Shown: positions 1-11,675, counted from the first letter of the stretch. The stretch is DNA of 64,000 bases from Octopus sinensis (GCF_006345805.1 NC_043003.1:17608001-17672000); one strand, 5' to 3'. Notes: a model not told the origin generated them from the letters alone. A program made the numbers and translations.

Positions 1-465
1 CTTCTCTCTTCTCATTTTCCACCTTTCTCTTTCTTGTTGTATTGTCAACAAACAACACAGATTAATAACTTCAAAATCAACCATAATTTTGCTTCTTGAA
101 ATCAAAATTCATTTTCTCCAAGTGAGAATGGACGAGACAGCTTTTATCTTTTTTTTTAAAAAGCAAACAAAATAAAACAAAAAGAAAGAGAGGGAAAGAA
201 ATAAAACAAAAATTTTAAACTATTATGTACACTAGTATGTTGAACTGATTCAAGTAGCATACAGGTATTTATTTCCTTACTCTTGAAGACATTATGAGGA
301 TAAATTATAGTTCTAAAACCATTAACCTTCACTTGGCTGAGTTGAATCCACCAAAGGGTTGATAGTCTGTAGACTGCCACCAGCTCTATGTTATATTATC
401 ATCACTAACACATCATTACCAATACAGCATAACTAATATATTATTACTAATAGATACCCAAACTA

Positions 466-1031
466 TTGGGTTGTCCGGAAAGTTCGTGCCGATTTTTAAA
501 GGAAAGAAAAAGGTCAATAAATACTTGCCATTACATTTTTAATCAACCAAATATGAACCATTTTGTTGCACAATCCGTCTCCATCTTTCCTTTAACTTGA
601 AAATACCCTCTTCCCAGAATTGAGGTGGTTTCATGGCAAAGAATTCATCAAGGTATCTTTTTACGTCATCCAAAGAATTGAAATTTTTACCATTAAGACT
701 ATTCTGCAGAGACCTGAATAAGTGGAAATCCGAAGGAGCAATATCTGGTGGATATGGAGGGTGGGGTAACACATCCCAGCCGAGCTGCAGCAATTTTTGT
801 CTGGTTCCCAAAGCATCAAGTGCCGAAAATGAACTTTCTTATCTTCCATTTTAAAGGGTTACAGAATTAACAAAGGTTATAGGAACATAAACCTTCTTCC
901 ATGAAAAGATAGCTTAAACTGTGCTCTAAATGGAGGTGTAGTCAAATCCTATTTTATGGACTCAACCATGTTCTAAAATAAATCGAAAGGTAACCTACTA
1001 TAAATCGGCATGAACTTTCCAGACAACCCAA
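466..1031 (-). mobile_element. Internally deleted mariner (DD34D-type) non-autonomous transposon
   Basis: 30-bp TIRs (ttgggttgtccggaaagttcgtgccgattt / aaatcggcatgaactttccagacaacccaa), TA on both flanks; ORF 539-811 has the mariner C-terminal HPPYPPDIAPSDFHLF motif; N-terminus MEDKKVHFRH is joined directly to it. Confidence 0.9.
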
Positions 1032-1188
1032 TAAAACAGAGTGAGCCATCCTCCAACAACAAAAAATTACTGAAATTTTTGGTTCTTTCTTTGTGGCCCC
1101 CTCCAATTAATAAGGAAATGAAATAATAGAGTTTGCATCCATAAAGATTTTTCTTTCTTCACCATGGTCTTGAACAAGTTTGAGAAGT

Positions 1189-1387
1189 TTAATCTTTTAG
1201 CATTTAAACTGACCATATCTGGCCTAACTATTCTACTTGTCTTATGCTCAAACCAGCCAGACCTTGCCTCTCACATCTACCCTAGAATGCTATTCTAAAA
1301 GTAACCATTCATATCATCGAAATCTCAAGACAATGTGAATAAATAAGTATTACATTTGCCAGAGTAATCTGAATGCTAAAGAGTTAA
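1189..1387. mobile_element. TTAA-flanked MITE (piggyBac-like)
   Basis: Termini ttaatcttttagcatt ... aatgctaaagagttaa; homologous to 4126-4355. Confidence 0.55.
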
Positions 1388-1539
1388 GACCATCTTGATT
1401 TAATTAACTATGACAATTAGCCTGACAGTTTTTTCAGTTCTAACAGCAGCACAGCCACCCTATGAGAAACACTGACAACTCCGACTGGTTAAATTAAGCT
1501 GTCAATAAACTAGATAAGGAGAATGTATATTTAATTTAT

Positions 1540-1830
1540 GGTGACACATGGCCTAGTGGTTAGAGCAGCAGACTCACGGTCAAGGAATTGTGGGTTCGAA
1601 TCTCAGACTGGGCGATGTGTGTGTTTATGAGCAAAATACCTAAGCTCCACGTGGCTCTGGCAGAAGGTAATGGTGAAATTCTGCTGACTCTTTTGCCACA
1701 ACTTTCTCTCACTCTTTCTTCCTGCATCTTGCAGCTCACCTGTGATGGACCATCGTCCCGTCCAGGTGGGGAACCTATATGCCAAGGAAACGAGCCCTCA
1801 TGAGCCAGGCATGTTCAAGAATGAACAAAC
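1540..1830 (+). mobile_element. tRNA-derived SINE-E head with Meta-like tail
   Basis: A box tggcctagtggttagagc, B box gggttcgaatc; body shared with 14272-14657; tail cctgtgatggaccatcgtcccgtccagg resembles the MetaSINE domain. Confidence 0.7.
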
Positions 1831-2100
1831 AGCAGCATTGTCCATAGTATAATTTAAATGCGACTAATTTTTGATTAATTGGAATATAATTAATTGATAA
1901 ACCTTCCCACTTACTATTGCGCTGTATTTGAAACAAATTAACATTCGATTTTAATGAAAGGTTTTAATTTAGATCACTTAAAAAAAAGAAGTATGTGTCA
2001 TAGAATCAAGTAGAAGTGCTCTTGGACAGATTAGTATCAAAAGGGTTAAGAAGTGGAAACATTGCACAGTCAACAAATGTGTTATTAACTTGCAGTACCA

Positions 2101-2543
2101 TACTCTTTACTCTTTTACTTGTTTCAGTCATTTGACTGCGGCCATGCTGGAGCACCACCTTTTAGTCGAGCAAATCGACCGCAGGACTTATTCTTTGGAA
2201 GCCTAGTACTTATTCTATTGATCTCTTTTGCCAAACTGCTAAGTTACAGGGATGTAAACACACCTTCATCGGTTGTCAAGTGATGTTGGGGGGACAAACA
2301 CAGACAGACAAACATACACACACACACACACCACACACACACACATACACACACATACATATATATATATACATATATATGACAGGCTTCTTTCAGTTTC
2401 CGTCTACCAAATCCATTCACAAGACCTTGGTCGGCCCGAGGCTGTAGTAGAAGACACTTGCCCAAGGTGTCACGCAGTAGGACTGAACCCGGAACCATGT
2501 GGCTGGTTAGCAAGCTACTTACCACACAGTCACTCCTGCACCT
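2101..2543 (-). mobile_element. SINE-B (tRNA head, CORE-like body, internal TA/CA microsatellite, AAAGAGT tail)
   Basis: Reverse complement of the family seen at 11261, 22148, 53275. Confidence 0.85.
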
Positions 2544-3329
2544 ATTCAAATTTTCATATGATCTCAGAGAATGTAAATCTTTTTGACTTTTTCTCTACTG
2601 ACCTTTAAAATTTGATAAACATACATTTCAAGGTGTTTTTTTCTGATATAAGAGTTTTATTATTTGAGTTGATGATAATCATATTTTTGTTGTTGCTGAT
2701 TTTTTTGTTATCAAGAAAAAAATAGTGGACAAATTATTATAAGTCATTTGAAACTTGAATTTTGAAACAGAAAACATGAAACTTATGAAATAGAAATGAA
2801 ATAGGAACATTGAAATGAATACCCAAAAGCATGTATAAATGATCCATTGCAAACCACTTATAATTCATAATGGTGCCTTTGTCAAAGAGTCTCATATAAC
2901 TATAAGAAGCAGGATATCCTCAATTATATTAGTTTGAAGAGCTTCAAGAACTAATTATAGAATTACTATAATTAGTTAGCATAGATCTGACTGTGAGAAT
3001 ATACTAGCCTTGAATCGATGTGTGCTTGGCAATAAAGAGACTAAATTGTTTTGACTTTATTATTTCTTTTCTTTTTAATATTGACCAAGGAAAACAGATC
3101 CACCTTTCAATTATGTGAACAAATGTAGTTGTTGTTGCTGCTGTTTAGCCCTAGGCCCAGTGGCAGCTCGTGTATAGGCACTGCGGAACTGCAGCACCCC
3201 CCTATTTTCACTCAATGTTATCGATAGCATTCAATACCTGAGGACATGTTTACAAAGTCAGAAAACAGCACAGCTCCCATGACTTTTGGAAACATTTTTT
3301 CACACTAAGAGTTGCTGAAGCATAGAACA

Positions 3330-3582
3330 AACTGCCACCATCAGTTGTTAGTTGTCGGAGCACTGCATCCTTTAAAACTTCCATGCTTCCTGAGATTCAC
3401 CAACACTACACCTGATTTCCTTCCCTCCATACACATGCAAGCATGTATCTGACTCATACACTGTTCACTTTCCAGACATTTGTACATTACTGCATATGCT
3501 TTATATGCACTTTTGACAAGTTGTGGTGCACCTGAGTACTGTATACAATAATTTCATTATTATTATTATTATTATTATTATT
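3330..3582 (+). mobile_element. CR1-type LINE 3' end
   Basis: Ends gtgcacctgagtactgtatacaataat + (ATT)n, matching the 3' UTR of the CR1 relic at 63628-64000. Confidence 0.6.
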
Positions 3583-3583
3583 G

Positions 3584-3806
3584 TGTTGTGTCTGGGGAGA
3601 GTCTTTCTCTTTTAGTGCCTTATTATTTAACACCCTCACCGGTAAAATTTCCACTTATTTCTTATTTTTTACTTTCTTAAATTTTACCAGTGAGTGTGTT
3701 AAATAATAAGGCACTAAAAGAGAATGACTCTCCCCAGACACAACAGAATATGCTTTAACACACGAACTCATATAAAGAATCTTGCAAACCAAATCCCAAA
3801 ACGAAA

Positions 3807-3812
<6 letters not shown>
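3584..3812. mobile_element. Fold-back element, probably Penelope-like pLTR derivative
   Basis: ~67-bp inverted arms 3584-3650 / 3679-3745; tail aacacacgaactcatataaagaatcttgc resembles the reverse complement of 24716-24760. Confidence 0.55.
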
Positions 3813-3845
<33 letters not shown>

Positions 3846-4125
3846 GAGTCCTTTTCTCTTTAATTCTTTCTTTATACTTGTACATTATATAATCCTTGAG
3901 CTTAATGTCAGTAGCCATCTCCTAGTTTATGAAAAAAATACAAAACTTCTTGTATAGAACTGTGTGCTTCACAGTTCCACAGTTTGGCTGTTGTGCACAT
4001 GCTCACATGTCCGAGATAGGAAGCTGCACACTAGAGAGAGAGAGAGAGCACTGTTGTTCATGCAGTGCCAACCCTGGTTCATTTGTGAAAGGTAATGCTT
4101 CTTTGTGACTCTGCATGTGTTGTGC

Positions 4126-4355
4126 TTAACCCTTTAGCATTTAAACTGACCCAAATCCGGCCCAAATATTCTACTTGTTCTATGTTCAAACTGGCAGGAT
4201 CTGGCTTTGCACACTTATCCTACAATGTCATTCTAAGAATAAGCAATCACATCCTCAAAATTTCAATGCTACGGTGTCTTTACATGATTAATTCAAAACA
4301 ATTTGATTACATAAGCATTACATTTGACAGAATAATCTGAATACTAAAGAGTTAA
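4126..4355. mobile_element. TTAA-flanked MITE (piggyBac-like)
   Basis: ttaaccctttagcatt ... aatactaaagagttaa termini. Confidence 0.65.
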
Positions 4356-4824
4356 AAGCGTGTTTATATTCTTGAGTGTGATAAAGTGTAGAATTAGATT
4401 ATTTATCCTGCTTCCAGCTACAGTGATGCTACAAGGATTTGAAAAATAGAGCAGATTTCCCCGCCTTATTTTGTGATTTAGTGGGGATTTTTAAAAGCAA
4501 GGGGGAATTTGTGGCACTTTGCGGTGAACAAATTAAACACACTACCCGGAAGTGGTTAAAACGCGAACCAATCAAGTTTATGTATGAATTTTCTTTTTAT
4601 ATGTTTGTTTCCTTTTACACAATATTAAAAACAACAGTTAAAAATTTTCTGAAGCAGCACCCTCACTAATTTTATCTACGTGCCACCACCACCTAGGCCT
4701 GTACCAACTCAACATACATATGATCAAAGATATTCCAGATGTGGCTTTAAATTCCAGTTCTCTTTTTGTGGCTATGTAGGACAGTATTTGTTACTGCATC
4801 CTTTCTTTAATTAAAATAGTAAGT

Positions 4825-5052
4825 GGCAAGCTGGCAGAACCACTAGCACGCCGGGCAAAATGCTTAGCGGTATTTCATCTGCCGTTACGTTCTCAGTTCA
4901 AATTCCGCCGAGGTCGACTTTGCCTTTCATCCTTTCAGGGTCGATTAAATAAGTACCAGTTACGCACTGGTGTCGATACAATCGACTTAATCCGTTTGTC
5001 TGTCCTTGTTTGTCCCCTCTGTGTTTAGCCCCTTGTGGGTAGTAAAGAAATA
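4825..5052 (+). mobile_element. SINE-A monomer (tRNA head plus gaggtcgactttgcctttcatcc domain)
   Basis: A box tggcagaa, B box agttcaaattc; flanking aaaatagta duplication. Confidence 0.85.
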
Positions 5053-5199
5053 CAAAATAGTAGGGTATAGTTTAAGGGGCGGCGTAGCTGTTAATTGTAG
5101 CAGAGCATCTGACGAGATGAATCTTTCTCTTTAGTTTCTGCATGTAAACAGTGTAAGGTGAAGATTAATTTCCTTTCAGTACCCTGAATATATTATTCT

Positions 5200-5410
5200 T
5201 TTATCTTTTACTTGCTTCAGTCATTGGACTGCAGCCATGCTCAGGCACCTCCTTAAAGGGTTTAGTTGAACAAATCAAAATCAGTATTTATTCTATTGGT
5301 CTATTTTACCAAAAATTAAGTTATGAGGATGTAAACATATCAACACCGGTTGACAAACAGTGGTAGAGGCCAAACACAAACACACATACACAGACAAACA
5401 TAAATGCACA
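5200..5410 (-). mobile_element. SINE-B 3' half
   Basis: ttacttgcttcagtcattggactgcagccatgct matches the reverse complement of the SINE-B tail. Confidence 0.7.
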
Positions 5411-5419
5411 CACACATAC

Positions 5420-6572
5420 ATCATCATCATTGTCGTCATCATCATCATTTGATGTCTGCTTTCCATGCTGGCATGGGTTGGATGGTTTGATATGGAGCTG
5501 GCTAGCAGGGAACTGTCCAGACTCCAATAGTCTGTTGTGGCATGGTTTCTATGGCTAGATGCCCTTCCTAAGGGTGTGCTTGGTGCTATCTATGTGTCAC
5601 CAGCATGGCTGTGTTTACACAGCACTGGTATGGGTTCATTTATGCAGAACCCACATGGTTGCATTAACACAGCACTGGCACAGGTGCTTTCTAAGAGGCA
5701 CCAGCACCTGAAAGGATAAGCCTGGATGTGTGGAAGACAGCGATTCTACTTCGCTTTTTGTGTCTTATCAAGTACAGCAAATCACCACATCTCCCAGTTT
5801 CTTATTTCTTTATTGCCCACAAGGGGCTAAACATAGAGGGGACAAACAAGGACAGAAAAAGGGATTAAGTCGATTACATCGACCCCAGTGCACAACTGGT
5901 ACTTAATTTATCTACCCCGAAAGGATGAAAGGCAAAGCTGATCTCGGCAGAATTTGAACTTAGAACGTAGTGGCAGACGAAATACCTATTTCTTTACTAC
6001 CCACAAGGGGCTAAACACAGAGAGGACAAACAAGGACAGACAAACAGATTAAGTCGATTACATCGACCCCATTGCATAACTGGTACTTATTTAATCGACC
6101 CTGAAAGGATGAAAGGCAAAGTCGACCTCAACGGAATTTGAACTCAGAACGTAGCGGTAGACGAAATACCACTAAGCATTTCGCCCAGCATGCTATTGTC
6201 TCTGCCAGCTCACCACCTTCACATCTCCCAGTCCTTTGCCATTTCCTCAATGAGGCCCAGTGTCCAAAGATCCTTTCTCACCACTTCATCCCACATCTTC
6301 CTGGAATCTACCCTTCCCACAAGTATCTTCCACAATTGCAGCTTGGCACTTCTCTATGCAGCTGTCCTCATCTATACACACATCACATGACAATACCAGT
6401 GCGTGCACACAATATCTCATGACTCTTACACATAGTTATCCTATTAAATCATCTACATTCTGTTGTGCATACAAACTGACATTACCTATACAGCATGGCA
6501 TGCTAGCTTCATTTCTTTCAAGCTTTTGCAAATCGTTTGTAGCCAAAGCCCATGTTTCACTGCCATGTAAGT
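5420..6572 (-). mobile_element. RTE-clade LINE 3' region interrupted by a SINE-A dimer
   Basis: Minus strand reads LHGSETWALATNDLQKLERNEASM (RTE ORF2 C-terminal region); 3' tail ccaacccatgccagcatggaaag + (GAT)n. Confidence 0.75.
5799..6219 (-). mobile_element. SINE-A dimer
   Basis: Two head-to-tail units; 13-bp TSD cacatctcccagt at 5786-5798 and 6220-6232. Confidence 0.85.
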
Positions 6573-7649
6573 GAGAGTGTGCGTGTGTGTGTGTGTATGC
6601 TAACGTTGGTTTTTATGCTTAGTTATGATAAAAACAATTTTACATTAATCTGATGGGTTACTCCACACTTTTGCAGAGTACAAATTTATAATCCCTAAAC
6701 AAGAATATTGTTGACAGTAACTTCGAAGCTTCATTCAGTTAAACTATTATTGTAGTCCGATGATGATTTAACAGGCTAAAACTTCAAAGCCACTATCAAT
6801 ATTATTATATATACACACATATGTAGCTGGGGCCTACAGTTGCCTATGTTATTGATTCTGTTATCATAATTAAATTGTTGCACTAGATATTTACAGAGTC
6901 AATGATATCTTCACAAAGTATTTCTTTGTGAATTGGTTTTCTCATGAATTATTTGCTCCGTATTGAAATTAAAAATATAACCATCTAACTCATGCCAGCA
7001 TAGAAAACGGATGCTAAATGATGATGATGATGATGTAAAACAGGATGCCAATGCTATCAAGAACTTTGTTGTCAGTGACCCGGCTCTTTTGAATGTCTCA
7101 AGTATCATATGTTAATAAAAGCAATCCACCAACAGATTATAGTATTTAAGTGTCTTATCCCAGTCAGCTATAAACTCAATTACTCACACAGACAACAGCA
7201 TTAACCCTTTCATTACCATATTTCCATTGAAAGTTATTGCCCTTGTTTCAATTGTTTTTTGAAATAATGGGGTTAGCAAAATGGTTTAACCGTTATTAAA
7301 ATGGCATTTGGAGAATAAGCTTGCATAAAATTTTAGATGACTTTCAAACAGGAAATTTGTACCATAGAATCAGGAGTGTTCACAGGTAGTTTTGGTATTG
7401 AAAAATGTGTGATGGAGTAAAAAATGAGTTACCCTCACAGTGACATCTGAAAAGAATGAGTTCCACTAGGTTGACTATATGAAGACAAGGTTTTTGGTGG
7501 TGACATAACAAACTATTATGATAACTATAAGGCTGCTTCAGTTTTTATATAAGCTATCTAAATATGCAAGTGCGATGTCCTCTGAATGGCCATTTATACA
7601 AGGAGAGTTAACTATCTTCTCACCTGAATATATTTATTAATATGTAAGT

Positions 7650-8090
7650 CAAGGCAGCAAGCTGGCAGAAATGTTAGCACGCCAGGCAAAATGCTTAGCG
7701 GTATTTCGTCTGTCTACATTCTGAGTTCAAATTCTGCTGAGGTCGACTTTGCCTTTCATCCTTTCAGGGTCGATAAATTAAGTACCAGTTGCATAGTGGG
7801 GTTGATCTAATCGACTGCCCCCCTCCCCCGAAATTTTGGACCTTGTGCCTAGAGTAGAAAAGAATAATGTAGATATTCTAAGGTGGTAGCTGGCAGAGTT
7901 GTTAGCATGTCAGGCGAAATGCTTAGTGGTATTTCATCTGTCTTTACATTCTGAGTTCAAATTCTGCTGAGGTCGACTTTGCCTTTCATCCTTTGGGAGT
8001 GAATGAAATAAGTACCAGTTGAGCACTGGGATTGATATAATTGATTTATCCCTCCCCTGAAATTGCTGGCCTTGTGCCAAAATTTTAAAC
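7650..8090 (+). mobile_element. Two adjacent SINE-A copies with alternative (ggccttgtgcc) tail
   Basis: Repeated gaggtcgactttgcctttcatcc core followed by ccccctccccc-gaaatt tail. Confidence 0.8.
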
Positions 8091-8134
8091 TAATATGTAT
8101 GTTTTTATGTCACAAAGCAAAATCCAGCTATAAA

Positions 8135-8275
8135 TAATCCTTATTTCATTGACCCTGAAAGGATGAAAGGCAAGGTTGACCATGGCAGAATTTGAACTCA
8201 GAATGTAGCAGCAGACAAAATACTGCTAAGCATTTTGCCTGGTGTGCTAACAATTCTGCCAGCTTGCCACCTCAC
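8135..8275 (-). mobile_element. SINE-A 5' part
   Basis: gaccctgaaaggatgaaaggcaagg ... aatttgaactcagaatg. Confidence 0.75.
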
Positions 8276-8998
8276 CCAGCTATAAATTATAACCTATTGG
8301 ATTTAAAATCCCTTACATGGAAAATCGCACAAATATGCCTGCAGGACACAAGCCACAGATTTTCTGTAACCCAAACAGACACGCTAACTATTACACAGAA
8401 GTAGATCCAGTCTTTCTTCTATCAAATTAAATGCCTTAATCTTAGCAGAAAAGAATAATTGTTCACATGTACAACATAAATGTAAAAGCATTGAGAAATA
8501 TGTAATAAGATTTTTTTTTTAACATAATGTATTACAAATTATTGTTTATCACTGAATCCACTTTGACACATGACATTTATAATATAAAAACACTTACTTA
8601 CTTATTCTAAAATGCTTCTACAATTGCATTCTTAATATTTATCAGTGCATAAAGACTTATGTGTATTAATATTGTGTAAATCACAGTTAACAGAGCCTAG
8701 AAGAAGCAGGATTTCTATAAAGAAAATATAAATTTCAAAGCAACCAAACTAGCGTGTTGGAGATAGTTTTACAAGAATTATGAAACTGCTAATGCATTAT
8801 GATATAAAAGTGGTAAAATCTGATACAGCAAAATATCGTTTGTTATATGTTGGGAAGTTGTGTAAAATTGCTGAGGAACGAAAAGTGAGAGTATCAAGTT
8901 CTTAATAGCATGGCAGCAGGATGAAACTCAATGCTTAGTCTCAAACATTTAAAAATTTTCAATGAAGAAACACACACACACACACGCACATATATAAG

Positions 8999-9252
8999 TG
9001 TGGAGGTGCAATGGCCCAGTGGTTAGGGCAGCGGACTCGTGGTCATAGAATCGCGCTTTCAATTCCTGAACTAGGTGTTGTGAGTGCTTATTGAACGAAA
9101 ACACCTAAAGCTCCACAAGGCTCTGGCAGGGGGTGGTGGTGATCCCTGCTGTACTCTTTCACCACATTTGAAGGCTAAAACAATGTGAAGTGCATTGTGA
9201 CCAGCGATGTGTAGCAACATCTGATAGTCTGGTCAGTCATGTGATCACATGA
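8999..9252 (+). mobile_element. SINE-E head with a third tail type
   Basis: tggcccagtggttagggcagcggactcg head; tail ttgaaggctaaaacaatgtgaag differs from the 14272 and 1540 copies. Confidence 0.7.
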
Positions 9253-9267
9253 GATATATATATATAT

Positions 9268-9672
9268 ATATTCATGATGGGCTTTATTCAGTTTCCACCT
9301 ACCAAATCCACTCACAAGGCTTTAGTTAACCTGGGGCTATAGTAAAAGACACTTGTCCAGGGTGCCACAGCATGGGACTGAACCCAGAACCATATAGTTG
9401 GGAAGCAAACTTCTTATTTCTTCATTGCCCACAAGGGGCTAAACATAGAGGGGACAAACAAGTACAGACAAACGGGTTAAATTGATTACATCGACCACAG
9501 TGCGTAACTGGTATTTAATTTATCGACCCTGAAAGGATGAGAGGCAAAGTTGACCTTGGCGGAATTTGAACTAGAACAGAGCGGCAGACAAAATACCACC
9601 AAGTATTTCACCTGGCGTGCTAAAGTTTCTGCCAGCTCACCACTTTCTTACCACACAACCATACTTGCTCCT
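9268..9672 (-). mobile_element. SINE-B head region with a SINE-A (about 9416-9642, minus) nested inside
   Basis: gggaagcaaacttctta [SINE-A] ttcttaccacacaacc; ttctta duplicated. Confidence 0.75.
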
Positions 9673-10109
9673 ATGCATTTTTTTTACATATGTATAAAGC
9701 AAAACAGGGAAAGCACTAACAAGGACAGTTTTGTTGGCAGGGATGCTCTCACTGCATCCACCTACTTTTCTTCCCCTATTTCTGTTTCATCACTCATTGT
9801 TCTCCCTTCATACCCTCTCATGCTGTGATGCTGCATTCATCCTCTGCTCTTCCTGCCACATCTCTATAGCACCCACTAGCTCTCTTTGTTTTACTGCTCT
9901 CATAGCATTCCCCCATTGTTCAACCATTCTCAGCTGCACTTTTTCTCCCTGGCCCCTCTCCACCAGTTAACTACCACCTCAACACTCATCTCTCCCTCTC
10001 TGGATCATTCTCAAGCTTCCCTAGACCTCCACACTCTTCTTCCTCCACCACCTCATTTCTTCCTCACTTTCATATTTCCTTCTCCACAGCTTCCACCCAT
10101 TTTTCCCAA

Positions 10110-10322
10110 GGTAGCGAGCTGGCAAAACTGTGAGCATCTCAGGTAAAATGCTTAGCAGCATTTTACCCATCTTTACATTCTTAGTTCAAAATCCATTAAG
10201 GTCAATTTTGCCTTTCATACTTTCAGGGACTATGAAATTAGTACCAGTTGATCACTGGAGTCAATGTAATTGACATACCTGCTCCCTCAAAATTGCTGGC
10301 CTTGTGCCAAAATTTGAAACCA
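10110..10322 (+). mobile_element. Diverged SINE-A
   Basis: gcgagctggcaaaa ... ttgcctttcatac ... ggccttgtgccaaaatttgaaac. Confidence 0.7.
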
Positions 10323-10483
10323 GTAGACGATATTATTGGAGCCCCCAACAGAATCTATCTCCATCACCTTTACTACTCTGCTCCTCTTCTCCTTTAAGTA
10401 GTTGAGATGGAGAGGTTTTCTAGTCTTGCAAATTACAAAGTGATTTCTCCAGAACTGGTGTCACAGAAAATGTGTCCTGTATA

Positions 10484-10903
10484 TGAAGGTGGCGAGCTGG
10501 CAGAAATGTTAGCACGCCAGGCGAAATGTTTAGCGGTATTTCGTCTGTCACTACGTTCTGAGTTCAAATTCTACCGAGGTCGAGTTTGCCTTTCATCCTT
10601 TCGAGGTCGATTAAATAAATACCAGTGATGCACTGGAGTCGATATAATCAACTTAATCCGTTTGCCTGTCCTTGTTTGTCCCTTCTGTATTTAGCTCCTT
10701 GTTGGTAGTAAAGAAATAGGTATTTCATCTGCCGTTACATTCTCAGTTTAAATTCCAACCAGGCTGACTTTGCCTTTCATCCTTTTGGGTTAGATAAATT
10801 AAGTACCAGTTATGCACTGGGGTCGATGTAATCTACTTAATCCCATTGTCTGTCCTTGTTTGTCTCCTCTATGTTTAGCTCTTTGTGGGCAGTATAGAAA
10901 TAG
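10484..10903 (+). mobile_element. SINE-A dimer
   Basis: Junction aaagaaataggtatttc; flanking duplication gaaaat(g/a)tgtcctgtata at 10466-10483 and 10904-10921. Confidence 0.85.
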
Positions 10904-11107
10904 GAAAATATGTCCTGTATACTCTGTAAAGTGGTTGGCATTAGCAAGAGCATCCAGCCTCTGCAACCAGGCCAAAAGTGTAGTACAATGCAAATAAAGG
11001 AATTGTGCCAAAACATTTAACTCATACTAAGTGGGAAAACAGATGTAAACTGATCTTATCTATCTATCTATTTCTTCCCACATACATACATACATACATA
11101 CATTCAT

Positions 11108-11156
<49 letters not shown>

Positions 11157-11159
<3 letters not shown>

Positions 11160-11256
11160 TTTGGCAGTACATATACTAAAATTGGAATGATACAGAGATT
11201 AGCATGATCCCTGCACAAGGATGACATGCAAATTAGTGAAGCATTCCATATTTTTT
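11157..11256 (+). pseudogene. U6: U6 snRNA retropseudogene
   Basis: gctttggcagtacatatactaaaattggaatgatacagagattagcatgatccctgcacaaggatgacatgcaaattagtgaagcattccatatttttt aligns to U6; CpG decay, 3-nt loss after ACAGAGA, 5' end replaced by (TA)n. Confidence 0.9.
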
Positions 11257-11260
11257 CTAT

Positions 11261-11432
11261 AGGTGCAGGAAAGGCTGTGTGGTAAGTAGCTTGCATACCA
11301 ACCACATGGTTCCAGGTTCAGTCCCACTGTGTCACACCTTGGGCAAGTGTCTTCTACTATAGCCTCGGGCCGACCAAAGCTTTTTGAGTGGCTCTGGTAG
11401 ATGGAAACTGAAAGAAGCCCGTCATATATATG

Positions 11433-11463
<31 letters not shown>

Positions 11464-11675
11464 ATATGTTTGTGTGTCTGTGTTTGTCCCCCCAACATTG
11501 CTTGACAACCGATGGTGGTGTGTTTACGTCCCTGTAACCTAGCAGTTCGACAAAAGACCCCGATAGAATAAGTACTAGGCTTACAAAGAATAAGTCCTGG
11601 GGTCAATTTGCTCTACTAAAGGTGGTGCTCCAGCATGGCCACAGTCAAATGACTGAAACAAGTAAAAGAGTAAAG
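11261..11675 (+). mobile_element. SINE-B, full length
   Basis: aggtgcagga..ggctgtgtggtaagtagc head to acaagtaaaagagtaaag tail. Confidence 0.85.

Larger units (their letters stand above)
3158..4691. mobile_element. Old hAT-like non-autonomous element containing nested insertions
   Basis: Starts cagtggcagctcgt, ends with degenerate tacgtgccaccacca; 8-bp TSD cctaggcc at 3150-3157 and 4692-4699. Confidence 0.55.

Noticed and set aside
8999-9075. tRNA genes at SINE heads (also 1545, 14585, 26350, 38610, 49995)
   Set aside because: A/B boxes run into SINE bodies without an intact cloverleaf.
9690-10110. Pyrimidine-rich tract as a Penelope RT relic
   Set aside because: Composition is suggestive but no motif could be read reliably.
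11157-11256. Functional U6 gene
   Set aside because: 5' end missing, deletion next to the ACAGAGA box, CpG decay, and upstream is microsatellite with no PSE/TATA.
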